DNA of 64,000 nucleotides from Octopus bimaculoides (lineage: Eukaryota): assembly GCF_001194135.2 (NCBI RefSeq), contig NC_068981.1, positions 25,156,463 through 25,220,462 on the forward strand. Reading direction: 5' to 3'. The translations under genes and the position numbers were made by a program. Shown here one piece after another: positions 1-12,034 of the stretch; within the stretch, counting starts at the first letter, position 1, and every line of letters begins with the position of its first letter. The notes under the pieces are model-generated. The model ran no database searches. It was not told the DNA's origin and was given only the letters and a program-made list of their open reading frames with translations.

Positions 1-49
1 ATATATATATATATATATTAAAATGAGCAACAAGGATATCCAGAGGTAA

Positions 50-137
50 TACAGTACGATCGTTTGATGCAATTCCATTTAATTGAACAATGCAATCATT
101 ACATCAATTTAAAATGCAGTGCAATCCTCAGCTGCAC
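50..137 (-). ncRNA. Hammerhead-ribozyme-like motif (inverted copy of 1644-1731) with GAAA changed to CAAA
   Basis: Minus strand reads gtgcag-CTGAGGA-...-CAAAC-GATC-GTA-ctgta. Confidence 0.6.
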
Positions 138-1643
138 AAAGACATAGAATTTAATTAAATTAGAACAGATGGACACATTATTATAATTATGCCTAAAATC
201 TCTAAGAAGTTAAGGAGATAGACAAAGATCATGTTGCCTCTACTACAGCCTATAAGTTACAAAATTATCAACAAGACTTTGCCTGTCACTGATTTTATTT
301 GTTTTTATGGGGTCAGTTTTAATTTATAGACTAGTTTATCAAATCCTTGTATATCTAAGGCTAAGAGAATAAAGGACAGTATATGTTAGGGGTAGGGTTG
401 AAGGAGCAGACAGACATCATAGTTGATATAGTCATAAAAATCAAGATTTATTAGAAGCAGTATCATGAGGTTTGGTAAAGGAAAACTTAAAACAAGATGT
501 TTGTTGACAACTATGGGGGGGGGGGCACCCACTAGCAGACGATTGATAATGAAATAGGGGAAAACTTATCATGTAGTACTATAGTTAAATGATTTTTAAA
601 ATGTTGCTATATTGTATATAGTTAAAGTTTATGACTATTCTGAGGCTTATTAAGATGAATATATTAACAAAAGGATAGAAATTTATGAATACTTTTGAGT
701 ATATACCAAACTTTTTACCACAATACAGGGAAGAAAAGAAATTATCCAGAAATAGTTTAATATTAATACATATTGTACTCCCATATACTAACTCATCAGA
801 TGGTATCTGTGAATATTGATTAATTGGTAAACTGGTATTAATAAAGGAGTATTGCGGTAAAAGAACATTCTAATTGTATATTAACAAAATTATAATCTAA
901 GCAGTTTTTTTTTTATAAGTAGTGAATATACCAGTATAGTTTTATATAAGCTAAGTACAAATTTATAGACTGGCTTATTTTTATAAATGAATAAAGAAAT
1001 TAAATGAAATAATCAAGTAGGGCAGAACACCATAGAAAAGGTATAAAATAGCTTAATTACTAATACTATGGTAAGGTATATGTAGCTTATTAACACCAAT
1101 AAAGAAGATTTATAGAAAAGCATAATAATTCAAAATATATTAGACTAAAAATTATATATCAACTTATTTAGTTAATATCAATAAAAGACTGATGTCTGGT
1201 ATCAGTTAAAGGAATATTTAAGTAATGGAACATTCATATTTTATACTAATCTTTCTATATATAAACTAAGGGTTATATTATAGGTTTAAGAAGTTATTGT
1301 AACTCCTTACATGATATTTATAGTTTCTTAGTGGTACTTGTTTAGAAGGGTTATTTATATAAAGGCCCTTATAAAATACTAAGATCAGGAGGGTAGAGCC
1401 ATTTAAGAAAGAGATAAATTAAGTAATTTCTAAATATAATTTCAAACAATATTGTCTTATTGTATAAAGTTAAAATTCATGGTAATCAAGAAGATTATTA
1501 AGAATGAAATTTTAACAAAAGGATAAAACTTCTATGAATATTCTGAGTATATACCAATTTTTTTTTTTTACCACAATAGAGATTTTAGTTATAATTATAC
1601 TAATGTGTCCATCTGTTCTAATTTAATCAAATTCTATGTCTTT

Positions 1644-1731
1644 GTGCAGCTGAGGATTGCTCTGCATTTTAAATTGATGTAATAATTTCACTGGTCAATT
1701 AAATGGAGTTGCATGAAACGATCATGCTGCA
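1644..1731 (+). ncRNA. Hammerhead-ribozyme-like motif (type I, long helix II) with mutated cleavage triplet
   Basis: gtgcag-CTGAGGA-58 nt-GAAAC-GATC-ATG-ctgca. Helix I is tgcag/ctgca. The GUA triplet is replaced by AUG. Confidence 0.6.
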
Positions 1732-1845
1732 TTATCTCTGGATATCCTTGTTGCATATTTTGATTTTAATCACCTCACTTTGAAATTGTATGGATAATAC
1801 CGAAGCAAATTCCTGTGCCTCAACTTAAGTACCATATTCATCTGA

Positions 1846-1889
<44 letters not shown>

Positions 1890-1898
1890 GTCTGTCTG

Positions 1899-1986
<88 letters not shown>

Positions 1987-2397
1987 CACACATATACATA
2001 CATATATATACATATTTACATACATACATGCATACGTACATACATATATACGTACATACGTACATACATACATACAAACATATATAAATATATATATATA
2101 TATTTTAATAATTATATACATAATTATAACAAGGGATTGGCCCGTGTTTTACTTTTCGAAACTTTTAGTATCGTAATAGCATCTTTAGATTTCTATTTTT
2201 CTAGCGCATGGAGAGGTTTATAGCATATCCCTTGTTATAATTATGTATATTATTGCTAAAATATTTGGATAATTTACCTATAAGATTTTATTTCCGCGCT
2301 GACACTCTGGTAAAATCATTAATGATTTTTACCCTTTATTATAATATTTTACGCTATTTTTAGCATACAAGGGATCTACATAGTGGTCTCTCATATT

Positions 2398-2458
<61 letters not shown>

Positions 2459-2646
2459 CATACGTACACACATACATATATATGTGTGTTTGTATGTATG
2501 TATATATGTGTTTGTGTTTGTATGTATGTGTTCAATTAGATGTGCGATTGCAACGGTTCGGTTTAGAGTTCCACATAAATTATCATAATCCAGTCTTCCC
2601 TCAGTTTTGTGGGTTGACTATTATTGTACTTGTTGTATTACTGGTT

Positions 2647-2664
2647 ATGACTTTGCGAGCAAAA
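2647..2664 (+). CDS. Weak candidate first coding micro-exon of IL-17-like gene 1 (MTLRAK, phase 0)
   Basis: ATG ACT TTG CGA GCA AAA|GTAGGA would splice in frame to 4035 and give a basic n-region. The donor is weak and there is no homology to the exon-1 context of genes 2-4. Confidence 0.15.
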
Positions 2665-3113
2665 GTAGGAATTTAGAATATTTAGCAAACGATCCTTTCC
2701 CACACAGATTTATGTTTACACATATTTCTAGAAGTACGTATGTCACCACCATAATAGTTTATAATGTCTAGCTGTTTATTTGCAGCAGAATGGATTCGAT
2801 ACCATACTAAACATAACTAAATTATTTCATAGTTGGTAGTCACGTTGATGAATTTCGTAGTAATAATTACATTCATTTAACGAAGCAAATTTGTGCATTA
2901 TACAAATGAATGGGAAAGAGAATTTATGTAATGTAGTCCATTACATTATTTCTTGTTCCTTTGTCTTTTATATGATCTCTTATTACGCTCCGCACTCGAC
3001 AAACATTTTGTTCTAAAGCGTAAGTATATTGAGATCTAGCAGCAGGTTATTACTACAGCTGTGTTTAAGCGAAATATTAAAACACACACATATGTAGGTA
3101 TATATACGTATAT

Positions 3114-3148
<35 letters not shown>

Positions 3149-4034
3149 NNNNNNNNNNNNNNNNNNNNNNNNNNNNNNNNNNNNNNNNNNNNNNNNNNNN
3201 NNNNNNNNNNNNNNNNNNNNNNNNNNNNNNNNNNNNNNNNNNNNNNNNNNNNNNNNNNNNNNNNNNNNNNNNNNNNNNNNNNNNNNNNNNNNNNNNNNNN
3301 NNNNNNNNNNNNNNNNNNNNNNNNNNNNNNNNNNNNNNNNNNNNNNNNNNNNNNNNNNNNNNNNNNNNNNNNNNNNNNNNNNNNNNNNNNNNNNNNNNNN
3401 NNNNNNNNNNNNNNNNNNNNNNNNNNNNNNNNNNNNNNNNNNNNNNNNNNNNNNNNNNNNNNNNNNNNNNNNNNNNNNNNNNNNNNNNNNNNNNNNNNNN
3501 NNNNNNNNNNNNNNNNNNNNNNNNNNNNNNNNNNNNNNNNNNNNNNNNNNNNNNNNNNNNNNNNNNNNNNNNNNNNNNNNNNNNNNNNNNNNNNNNNNNN
3601 NNNNNNNNNNNNNNNNNNNNNNNNNNNNNNNNNNNNNNNNNNNNNNNNNNNNNNNNNNNNNNNNNNNNNNNNNNNNNNNNNNNNNNNNNNNNNNNNNNNN
3701 NNNNNNNNNNNNNNNNNNNNNNNNNNNNNNNNNNNNNNNNNNNNNNNNNNNNNNNNNNNNNNNNNNNNNNNNNNNNNNNNNNNNNNNNNNNNNNNNNNNN
3801 NNNNNNNNNNNNNNNNNNNNNNNNNNNNNNNNNNNNNNNNNNNNNNNTATACTGTTTGCCTTTTTTATATCTTGTTTTTATCTTTTTGTTTCTACAATAT
3901 TTGATATAGCTCTTTACTTACCTAAAAGGGGCGCATCAGAGATTCCCATAATTCTTGTTAAATTTCTTTATACAGCTTACATTCGTACCATCAGTATAGT
4001 ACATATCATTATTATAATATTATCTCTCTCACAG

Positions 4035-4553
4035 GCTGTCATCCTGATTGTACTTCTCCTCTTCAGTTACACCTTGATTGTATCATCAGCTTGGGTAACA
4101 TGTAGAAGACCCACTGACTTAAAAGTGAAATACTCCAACCTGCTCAAGAATAACGTTGGATATACTTTCTATCTACCAGCTGAAATGTCTCCTGTCCAAT
4201 CATGTGATAAACCACTGGCTGTTGGAGAAAAAAACTGTAAAAATATTTCCGATAACGCTGAAGAGATCCGTGAGCGTTCAACCTGTCCTTGGTACCTAAA
4301 CGTTACCCATGATTCAAGATTTTACCCTCCATCACGTACTGAAGTAGTATGTCGATGCACAAAGTGTCGAGATCCACATTCGGATAGCGTATGTATTACA
4401 GTATTCTCTAAAATGACTGTCCTCAGACGCACAGATGAATGCATTGATGGAATGTATATGTATAGACCGAGTGAAATTAAAGTAGCAACTGCCTGCGTGT
4501 GTGCAACTAAAATCGATGTTAAATATAATGACAATCCATATGACGAATACTAA
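4035..4553 (+). CDS. IL17-like: IL-17-like cytokine gene 1, main coding exon (exon 2; 172 aa, AVILIVLLLFSYTLIVSSA-WVTC...PYDEY*)
   Basis: Acceptor tctctctcacAG ends at 4034. The frame is open from 4035 and adds a hydrophobic signal-peptide core ahead of the listed ORF 4074..4553. Invertebrate IL-17 cystine-knot motifs present: RERSTCPW, TEVVCRCTKC, CITV, ECIDGMY, TACVC. Confidence 0.93.
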   Translation, partial: AVILIVLLLFSYTLIVSSAWVTCRRPTDLKVKYSNLLKNNVGYTFYLPAEMSPVQSCDKPLAVGEKNCKNISDNAEEIRERSTCPWYLNVTHDSRFYPPSRTEVVCRCTKCRDPHSDSVCITVFSKMTVLRRTDECIDGMYMYRPSEIKVATACVCATKIDVKYNDNPYDEY

Positions 4554-4938
4554 CGGACAATATGAATATTAAATGAGACAAACTGTTCATTAAAATGTTT
4601 TAAATTCAGCTGGCATAACATGCGATCACATATGCATACTTATATGAGCACGCACGCATAATTTACTCTTTTTATACATGTCTAAACATTATATATACAT
4701 ATAATACAAACATATTTCATAAAACGAAAGATTCTTCGTCATATTTACTTAGTATACAAAATATTTATAACAGACAACGTAGTACCATCAGGCCAGTACA
4801 CCTGGACTTATACATAACATAGACACACACATAGCTTCATTCTCTGGCTTAATGTTAGTAATGTAAGTATAATGGCAGAAAATTTAGTGTCATCTTATAT
4901 TCGTTGCACTATTCAGAGACAACTTATGTACGTATGTT

Positions 4939-5240
4939 GAGGCGCGTGGCTTAGTGGTTAGGGAGTCAGCATCATGATCGTAAGATTGTGGTTTCGATTT
5001 CTGGACCGGGCGACGCGAAGTATTCTTAAGCAAAACACTTCATTTCACGTTGCTCCAGTCCACACAGCTGGCAAAAATGAGTAACGCTGCGATGGACTGG
5101 CGTCCCGTCAAGCGGGGGAACACACACGCCATNNNNNNNNNNCGCTGCGATGGACTGGCGTCCCGTCAAGCGGGGGAACACACACGCCATAGAAACTGGG
5201 CCCATGAGCCTGGCTAGGCTTTAAAAGGGCGCATTAATTT
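4939..5240 (+). mobile_element. tRNA-derived SINE, family 2 (CORE-like centre)
   Basis: A-box TGGCTTAGTGG, B-box-like GGTTTCGATT, and centre TCTTAAGCAAAACACTTCATTTCACGTTGCTCCAG. The 10-N gap has duplicated flanks. Confidence 0.75.
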
Positions 5241-5340
5241 TTATATACATATCACACTGGAGATGATTTCCACTGTTATTTGGGTTCGGATAAATATAAG
5301 CAATCTATCTATCTTTCAGTCTGTCTGTCTGTCTATCTTT

Positions 5341-5826
5341 TATCTTTTATAAGTCACATGTTTCAGTCATTAGACGGCGGCCATGATAGGGCACCACCTT
5401 GAATTTTTAGTCGAATGAATCGGCCCCAGGACTTCTTTCTTAGGCCTGGTACTTATTCTATCGGTCTCTAGCCGAACCGCTAAGTACAGGGAGGCAAACA
5501 CACCATCACGGAATGTCAAGCGGTGGTGAGGGGAACAAACACAGACACAAAGACATGCACATATAGACACACATACATAGATATGGATACACATAGACAC
5601 ATACACAAACACAGAGACACACAGGCACACACACACACACAGGCACACAAACACACACACATATAAACCACGGACTTCTTTAAGTTTAAGCATCCCGAAT
5701 CCACTCACAAAGCTTTGGTTGGCCCGAGGCTATAGTAAAAGACACCTGCCAAAGGTGCCACGCAGTGGGACTGAACCCGGAACCATGTGGTTAGGAAGAA
5801 AATTTCTTACTACGCAGCCACGCCTG
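5341..5826 (-). mobile_element. tRNA-derived SINE, family 1, full length with internal (TG)n tract
   Basis: Minus-strand head GGCGTGGCTGCGTAGTAAG...GGTTCCGGGTTCAGTCCCACTGCGTGGCACC matches the copies at 41395 and 44567. The tail ...ATGACTGAAAC matches 59800. Confidence 0.8.
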
Positions 5827-6176
5827 AGGCCAAGTCAAAGAAATATAACGCTTCCCTACAAAGCGCTTTCCTTCTCGCAATATAAGAAATTCATATTTAA
5901 ATGAGGATTCAAATAATTTTCCATGTTACAAACTGTTAGGAATACATGACTAAAGACATTGCAGGAGTCGATGTCATTTACGATTTAACCAGTGAATATT
6001 TTACACCAGGATTTAACTGAGGCCTAGATTATGCATGTGCATGCATAAATGCATCTATGTATGTATATGTTAATATGTATGCATGCATGTGTGTATGTAT
6101 ATGAATATATATATATATANNNNNNNNNNNNNNNNNNNNNNNNNNNNNNNNATAAATTACTGTGATGATTAATTTG

Positions 6177-6217
6177 ACTGAGACATCAAGTTTCGCCTAA
6201 CAGCTTCTTCAACCAAC
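6177..6217 (-). ncRNA. Minimal hammerhead-like motif with C3U change
   Basis: Minus strand reads gttgg-TTGAAGA-A-GCT(GTTA)GGC-GAAAC-TTGAT-GTC-tcagt. Helix II is short and helix I is wobble-paired. Confidence 0.5.
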
Positions 6218-6404
6218 GTAAAGATACTTTGCTTGTTCGTGATCATAAGCACGGCGGAAATATTCACAGAAAGAATAGAGGTGTGAGATGGGTTTTACCG
6301 TTAGTTTGTTAAGCGCAAATTCATGTAAAGTCGCGGGTTAATTAAAAATTTGGAGGAAGAAATGTAGTTGGAAACCAGTAAAACTGTCAAAGTGTCCCGA
6401 TATA

Positions 6405-6448
<44 letters not shown>

Positions 6449-6472
6449 TATATCTTACTATANNNNNNNNNN

Positions 6473-6513
<41 letters not shown>

Positions 6514-6780
6514 TATATCTTACTATAAATATATATATAGTAAGATATAAGTTGGAGGTTATTCAACCATGTAAGGGATAGATGTTTCCGTAGGCACTCT
6601 CGGTGTAATGCCCCAGTATGTATAGTCCTCGTAATAAGGTATACGGTAGTTGGTAATTTAAATTGTAAAACCATGGTTTAATATATGTAGAGTCGATAAG
6701 AAATGGAGCAATAATTAACAATGAGAAGAGGATCATTGGTGTTTTAAAGTCATTGTTTAATGAAATTAAATTAGCAGTAT

Positions 6781-6857
6781 ATTTACAGCTGTTTCTATTT
6801 ATCAAAATGGGGTAAATCTACTTTTGCCTCGTTACAACTGATAAGCATCTTCAGAAC
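6781..6857 (-). ncRNA. Hammerhead-like motif with intact core and long helix II
   Basis: Minus strand reads CTGAAGA-52 nt (TTATCA/TGATAA stem)-GAAAC-AGCT-GTA. Helix III is palindromic (ACAGCTGT); helix I is only about 3 bp. Confidence 0.55.
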
Positions 6858-7235
6858 GATTATATGGAAAAAAAGAAGGCAAAGATAACAGAGAAGGAAT
6901 AAAAGGGGAAAATGTTCGTTAAAGCAATAGACTTACATTTTAGTGACTTACATATTTCCACGTGTCAGTAGAAGGATAAAAGAGACGAGAGTTCGTTAAA
7001 GAAATAGCCATTATATTTAGTGACTTGCATATTTCCATGTGTCCGTAGATTCCTACATTCGGTGCTAATGGTGTTAATGGGGACAGTGGCTAGTTGACCA
7101 GCAGTGTAAGCCGAAGGAGCTATACCTAGTGGGGATATCCGATGTTGGTATTGGGCATAAGTAACGCTAATTTGTAGCTTCTCAGTTAGTCCTTGTAATT
7201 ACAATGGAAGCCGTAATATAAACTAAGGATGTACG

Positions 7236-7321
<86 letters not shown>

Positions 7322-7349
7322 CTGTAAAAATATGTGTCACTTATTCGGT

Positions 7350-7421
7350 AGCCATGATAAAACTCCGAGTTTCTGATGTCGGGGCGGAAACCCCCGCCGC
7401 CATCTCTTCAGTTATCTGGCC
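7350..7421 (-). ncRNA. Type-I hammerhead ribozyme candidate (best-formed copy)
   Basis: Minus strand reads GGCCAGATAA-CTGAAGA-GATG(GC-rich)CATC-A-GAAAC-TCGGA-GTT-TTATCATGGCT. Helix I is 10 bp with one bulge; helix III is palindromic (AACTC-G-GAGTT). Confidence 0.7.
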
Positions 7422-8057
7422 ATTGAAAATTCCTATGAAATATACATATATATATATATGTGTGTATATCTCATAGGAATGAAATATATATATTGTATAT
7501 ATATATATATATATATACACACACATAAAGTTATAAATGACGAGAGAAATAGCATGAGGAAATTTGCTAAACCATTGTAAAATTAAAAAATCATAACAAA
7601 TTGTTTCGTAAATTAAGGCATGAAAATGTACTTTATTCTATTATATTTAATAATAAATAAATTACATGTTTGCATTAATACAAATACTCACTGAACTCAC
7701 TGCATAAATTAAACTACTTTTGTTATTTCTATGTATGTATTTAGCAAGGATTTTCTTTCCACCTAATGAGGATTGATTTGTGCATTGATTTAAAAGATTA
7801 CTTTTAAATCAAATTACTTACACTTGTAAGTAATTTATTTATTATTAGATAAAATAAAATAAATTACCTTTGCATGCTTTAAGTTACGAAATTTGTTGTG
7901 ATATATGAATTTTCCAATGGTGAAATAAATTTCATCATAGTATTTCTTACGTCATTTATAACTTTATATACACTCTTTATGGTTTTGTAGAAAGATACAG
8001 TGGGAGCTTTATATGAGTACTACCAGATTAGTTGAATCCATATATTGTGGAGATGAG

Positions 8058-8192
8058 TCGATTACATCGACCCTAGTGTTCAAGTAGTACTTACTTTATC
8101 GACTCCAAAGGAATGAATTTGAAGTCAGAACTTAGTGACAGGTGAAATATCGGTATGCATTACGTCCGATGTGCTAACGATTCTGGCGGCTC
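8058..8192 (-). mobile_element. tRNA-derived SINE, family 3 (partial)
   Basis: GATTACATCGACCCTAGT...TTATCGACTCCAAAGGAATGAA...GTGCTAACGATTCTG matches the copies at 19773 and 20003. Confidence 0.65.
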
Positions 8193-9168
8193 ACGTGTAT
8201 ATATATATATATATATNNNNNNNNNNNNNNNNNNNNNNNNNNNNNNNNNNNNNNNNNNNNNNNNNNNNNNNNNNNNNNNNNNNNNNNNNNNNNNNNNNNN
8301 NNNNNNNNNNNNNNNNNNNNNNNNNNNNNNNNNNNNNNNNNNNNNNNNNNNNNNNNNNNNNNNNNNNNNNNNNNNNNNNNNNNNNNNNNNNNNNNNNNNN
8401 NNNNNNNNNNNNNNNNNNNNNNNNNNNNNNNNNNNNNNNNNNNNNNNNNNNNNNNNNNNNNNNNNNNNNNNNNNNNNNNNNNNNNNNNNNNNNNNNNNNN
8501 NNNNNNNNNNNNNNNNNNNNNNNNNNNNNNNNNNNNNNNNNNNNNNNNNNNNNNNNNNNNNNNNNNNNNNNNNNNNNNNNNNNNNNNNNNNNNNNNNNNN
8601 NNNNNNNNNNNNNNNNNNNNNNNNNNNNNNNNNNNNNNNNNNNNNNNNNNNNNNNNNNNNNNNNNNNNNNNNNNNNNNNNNNNNNNNNNNNNNAACAGTC
8701 CACTTTAGTGGTCTCTTTTATATGCACATGTACTATAATCCTTTTAGGATCTCAGAAAATTTTTTCTGAATCTTCTGATTCTTTTAGTGTGCTGGTTTCC
8801 TGGTATTAAATTGATATTAATTAATATCAAATTTTTACCCTATTATGTTATATATATATATATAATATTAGGGATTCGAATAAATCAAGTACGTAAATGA
8901 TACGCAGCAGGTTGGGTCGAATTAATTTGCAAACAGCACCTTTAGTCGAATAATTATCATAGCTAGCGAAGTACATCCAGTGAAATATTCAGATTATGCA
9001 TGTGGAGAATTTAGCCCTTATGAGTATTGTAATAGTCCGTTGGCTAATCTAAGTGAGTACGTTGTATTGGTCGTATGGTATATGATGCACTCCAGAATTT
9101 CCGATGGTTCAGGATTCAAGTCAGCTGTATTATGAACAAATAAATAACAAACGATGGATAAGTGTTAC

Positions 9169-9257
9169 TTCATTACAACCGTTTCAAACAGAATTTTTAA
9201 ATACATTAATAAATACATTACATCATAACTAAAAACAAACCGCTTTCTTCAGACAAT
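9169..9257 (-). ncRNA. Hammerhead-like motif with intact core and 60-nt helix II, in a PLE-like terminal repeat
   Basis: Minus strand reads attgt-CTGAAGA-AAGCGG...CTGTTT-GAAAC-GGTT-GTA-atgaa. Adjacent 9420-9460 resembles 375-415 of the first PLE-like element. Confidence 0.55.
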
Positions 9258-10161
9258 ATCAGAATAATATAAGAACAACACTTGACCACAGTGGGCAAAC
9301 CAAACTTGATTCCTGCCAAGGTTACCTTGGAATGAGAGAAGAAAGTAAAGCTAGGATGACATTAAGTGGTTAGTTAGTGGGTAGGGCGTACAAAAGATTT
9401 ATAGCTTCAGGGTAGATAATGAGCATGTTAGGGGTGGGTGAGAGAAAAGAGTCAGACAGTCTAGTTCGTTATCACAAGTTGTAAGATAATGTTTGAGTTA
9501 ATTATTTATCTCCTTGCTAATCATTTTATTAAATTTTATTTTATTTTATTACACTAGGATCTGAGATAGGGATGAAACTAAGATAAATGATACTTAAGGC
9601 AGTTAAGCATTCAATAAGAGTGCAGCATAAACTTAATCAAAATTAAAGAGGGCCTCTATTATATATGATTAGATCCGATAGGATAAAATAAATGCTCAGT
9701 CACTTTATTCATTTTTCAAACGAATCCTCAACGAATTAATATGGGATCTCCGAACGACAATGTAAACCTCATATAATCAAGGTATCCTTTGCCTGAAGAG
9801 TAGCTTGCTATCTATCCCGCGTGTGAATAATTTACTAACTGTGAGGTTCCGCAAGCTATGAAACATATGTAACCTGGATTTAACTATTCCATTTTCAAAA
9901 TTATTAGATGTTTATTTGCAAATACAACAACCATTTTCAGCCTGTCGTACTTCGATACGAGAAAAATTCACAGCCTTCTGCGCCAATAAACCACTGTTAT
10001 TCCAGAAAGTTGTTTTTCTTTATATCTTTTACGGATTGCCTGAAGCTCACTAACTTCTTACACTTTGATACTTGGTTCTTACCTTTGCATACATACCTAC
10101 ATACATACATACGTAATACATACATACATAGTACATACATACATTCATACATACATACATC

Positions 10162-11975
10162 AGGAGAGAATAACCGAGAGAAAAACAATAAACAAAAAAT
10201 ATTTAACCGTAACCAGGCAGCAGTATACAGAGACATGAAAAGAGGAGAAGTAAGCATCACGGAAGCTCCTTCACGAGAAGACATAGATTCCTTCTGGAGG
10301 AAAATCTGGAGTGAAGAGAAGGAATTTAACCCAGATGCTCTGTGGCTGGAAGAAATCCGAAAAAGTTATTGCTCCTGCGTTAAATCCAAGACATACAACA
10401 TTGATGGTGAAACTCTTGCAAGGCTACTTTCAAGGCAGGGAAGTGCATAAAGGCAGAAAACAGACCAATTCGAAGTATACAAATATCTGGGAACCAATGA
10501 ACGTGATGGTATCCAGGACTCTAAAATGGAAGAGAAAATCCACAAGGAATGCAACCGAAGGGTAAGAATGGTCCTAAACTCAGAATTAAATGCTGCTAAC
10601 AGAATTAACGTGATCCATTCTTTGACCGTACCAGTAACCACATATAGCTTCGGAATCATTAAGTGGAGTCTTGCTGATATGCAGCAAATGGATGGAAAGA
10701 TCCGTAAAATCCCTTACAAGGTACCGAATGCACCATCAAAAAACAAATGTAGACAGGATACATCACTAAAGAAAAATAGCTGGAAGAGGTCTGATGCAAA
10801 TCGAGCAATCTTTCAGATCAGCAATAATAGGCCTTGAAACGTACTTTAATACAGCAAGTGATGTGCTCTTACGAACTGCACTGAAGAATGAAGATTCCAA
10901 GCAAGCTTCAGTCATGAAGCTTAGTAAGAAATTTAAAAAGTCTCTTGGCCTACAAGTTAACAATAAGAATGACCAAAGACGCCCAAATATTGACAGACCT
11001 ACCATTCATTCTCCTGATTTAGAAAGTAACAATCAGAAAGACCAACGAGATCCAAATAGTGACAAACCTATCACTGATGCAAGAAACATCAAACAGAAAG
11101 CAAAGAAGGCTTGCATAAATAATATCGAAGATAACTGGAAAGACAAACTCCTGCATGGAAAATATTCTAAAAACCTGTCCAAGCTAGATATTGCTCAAAA
11201 CCTAGCACACCAATAGCTACAAGGGACAGGTCTGAAAGGGGAAACGGAAGGTTTTGTTATTGCAGCGCAAGATAAGAGCTTACCTACAAGTAACTGCCAT
11301 GCAAACATCCTTAAAGGCCCTTCGTGCAGAATTTGCGAAAAATACAGAGACAATTGATCATGCTGTTTCTGGCTGCCCAGTACTCGCTGAAAATGAGTAC
11401 CTCATAAAATATGACAGACTAGAGCCATACATCCACTGCAATGCTTGTAAGTAATACAAAATTAAATTCCATTATGTGGTACAGGCATCATGCAGAGGAT
11501 GAAGTAAATGATACAAACAGACAGGAAATTGACTTTAGTCGACCAGACATTGTGATCAAGGACTACAACAGAGGAACTTGTCTGTTAATAGATATGTCAG
11601 TCCCACAAGATCAAAATGTCTCAAGAAAAGAATACGAAAAGCTTTCTCACTATAAAGATATGCAAATTGAAATCAGAAATATGTGGAAACTTAGTACTAC
11701 GAAAATACCAGTAGTAATTGGTGCATTGGGGAAGATAAAGAAGGGAGCTGAGAAGTATATCAAGCAACTCCCTGGTAACTCCAAACTGCGTGAACTGCAA
11801 AAGATAACCTTCGTGGGTACAGACCATATACTACGGAAAGCACTCTTTATCTAAAATGGAATAAATGTGGTGACAATTTTAGCATGCATAGCAAAGCAAA
11901 AGCGCCCTAGCTACTCTTAACCTTCGGAGGATGCCTGGTACTAAGGCAGCTGAAATAAAGTTATAATGAAAAGAA
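10162..11975 (+). mobile_element. R4/Dong-clade RLE non-LTR retrotransposon, copy A (internally deleted, frameshifted)
   Basis: Motifs FWRKIW, thumb LNSELNAANRINVIHSLTVPVTTYSFG, WKDKLLHGKY, ETIDHAVSGC and RLE RPDIVIKD..IDMSVP..PVVIGALG. Ends in (TAA)n. Confidence 0.85.
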
Positions 11976-11980
11976 ACCAT

Positions 11981-11981
11981 A

Positions 11982-12034
<53 letters not shown>

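Larger units (their letters stand above)
19..1762. mobile_element. Degenerate Penelope-like element (PLE) bounded by ~185-bp inverted repeats (19-203 / 1578-1762), each carrying a hammerhead-like motif
   Basis: The arms are reverse complements by eye. There is an internal direct repeat (663-725 / 1513-1577) and a faint minus-strand NFLNLNITL resembling RT motif 7. Inverted terminal repeats with hammerheads are typical of PLEs. Confidence 0.5.

Noticed and set aside
2972-3025. ATG at 2972 with a GTAAGT donor at 3020 as exon 1 of gene 1
   Set aside because: There is an in-frame TAA before the donor, and no homology to the other first exons.
5083-5190. 48-bp direct repeat around a 10-N gap (similar cases at 6417-6535 and 24735-24880)
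   Set aside because: Identical duplicated flanks either side of a tiny gap indicate unmerged overlapping contig ends.
6563-6805. 80-aa minus-strand ORF with faint similarity to PLE RT motif 7
   Set aside because: The similarity is too weak to call by eye; it needs a profile search.
8811-8830. Perfect 20-bp palindrome TTGATATTAATTAATATCAA
   Set aside because: Low-complexity AT sequence, plausible by chance or slippage in this genome.
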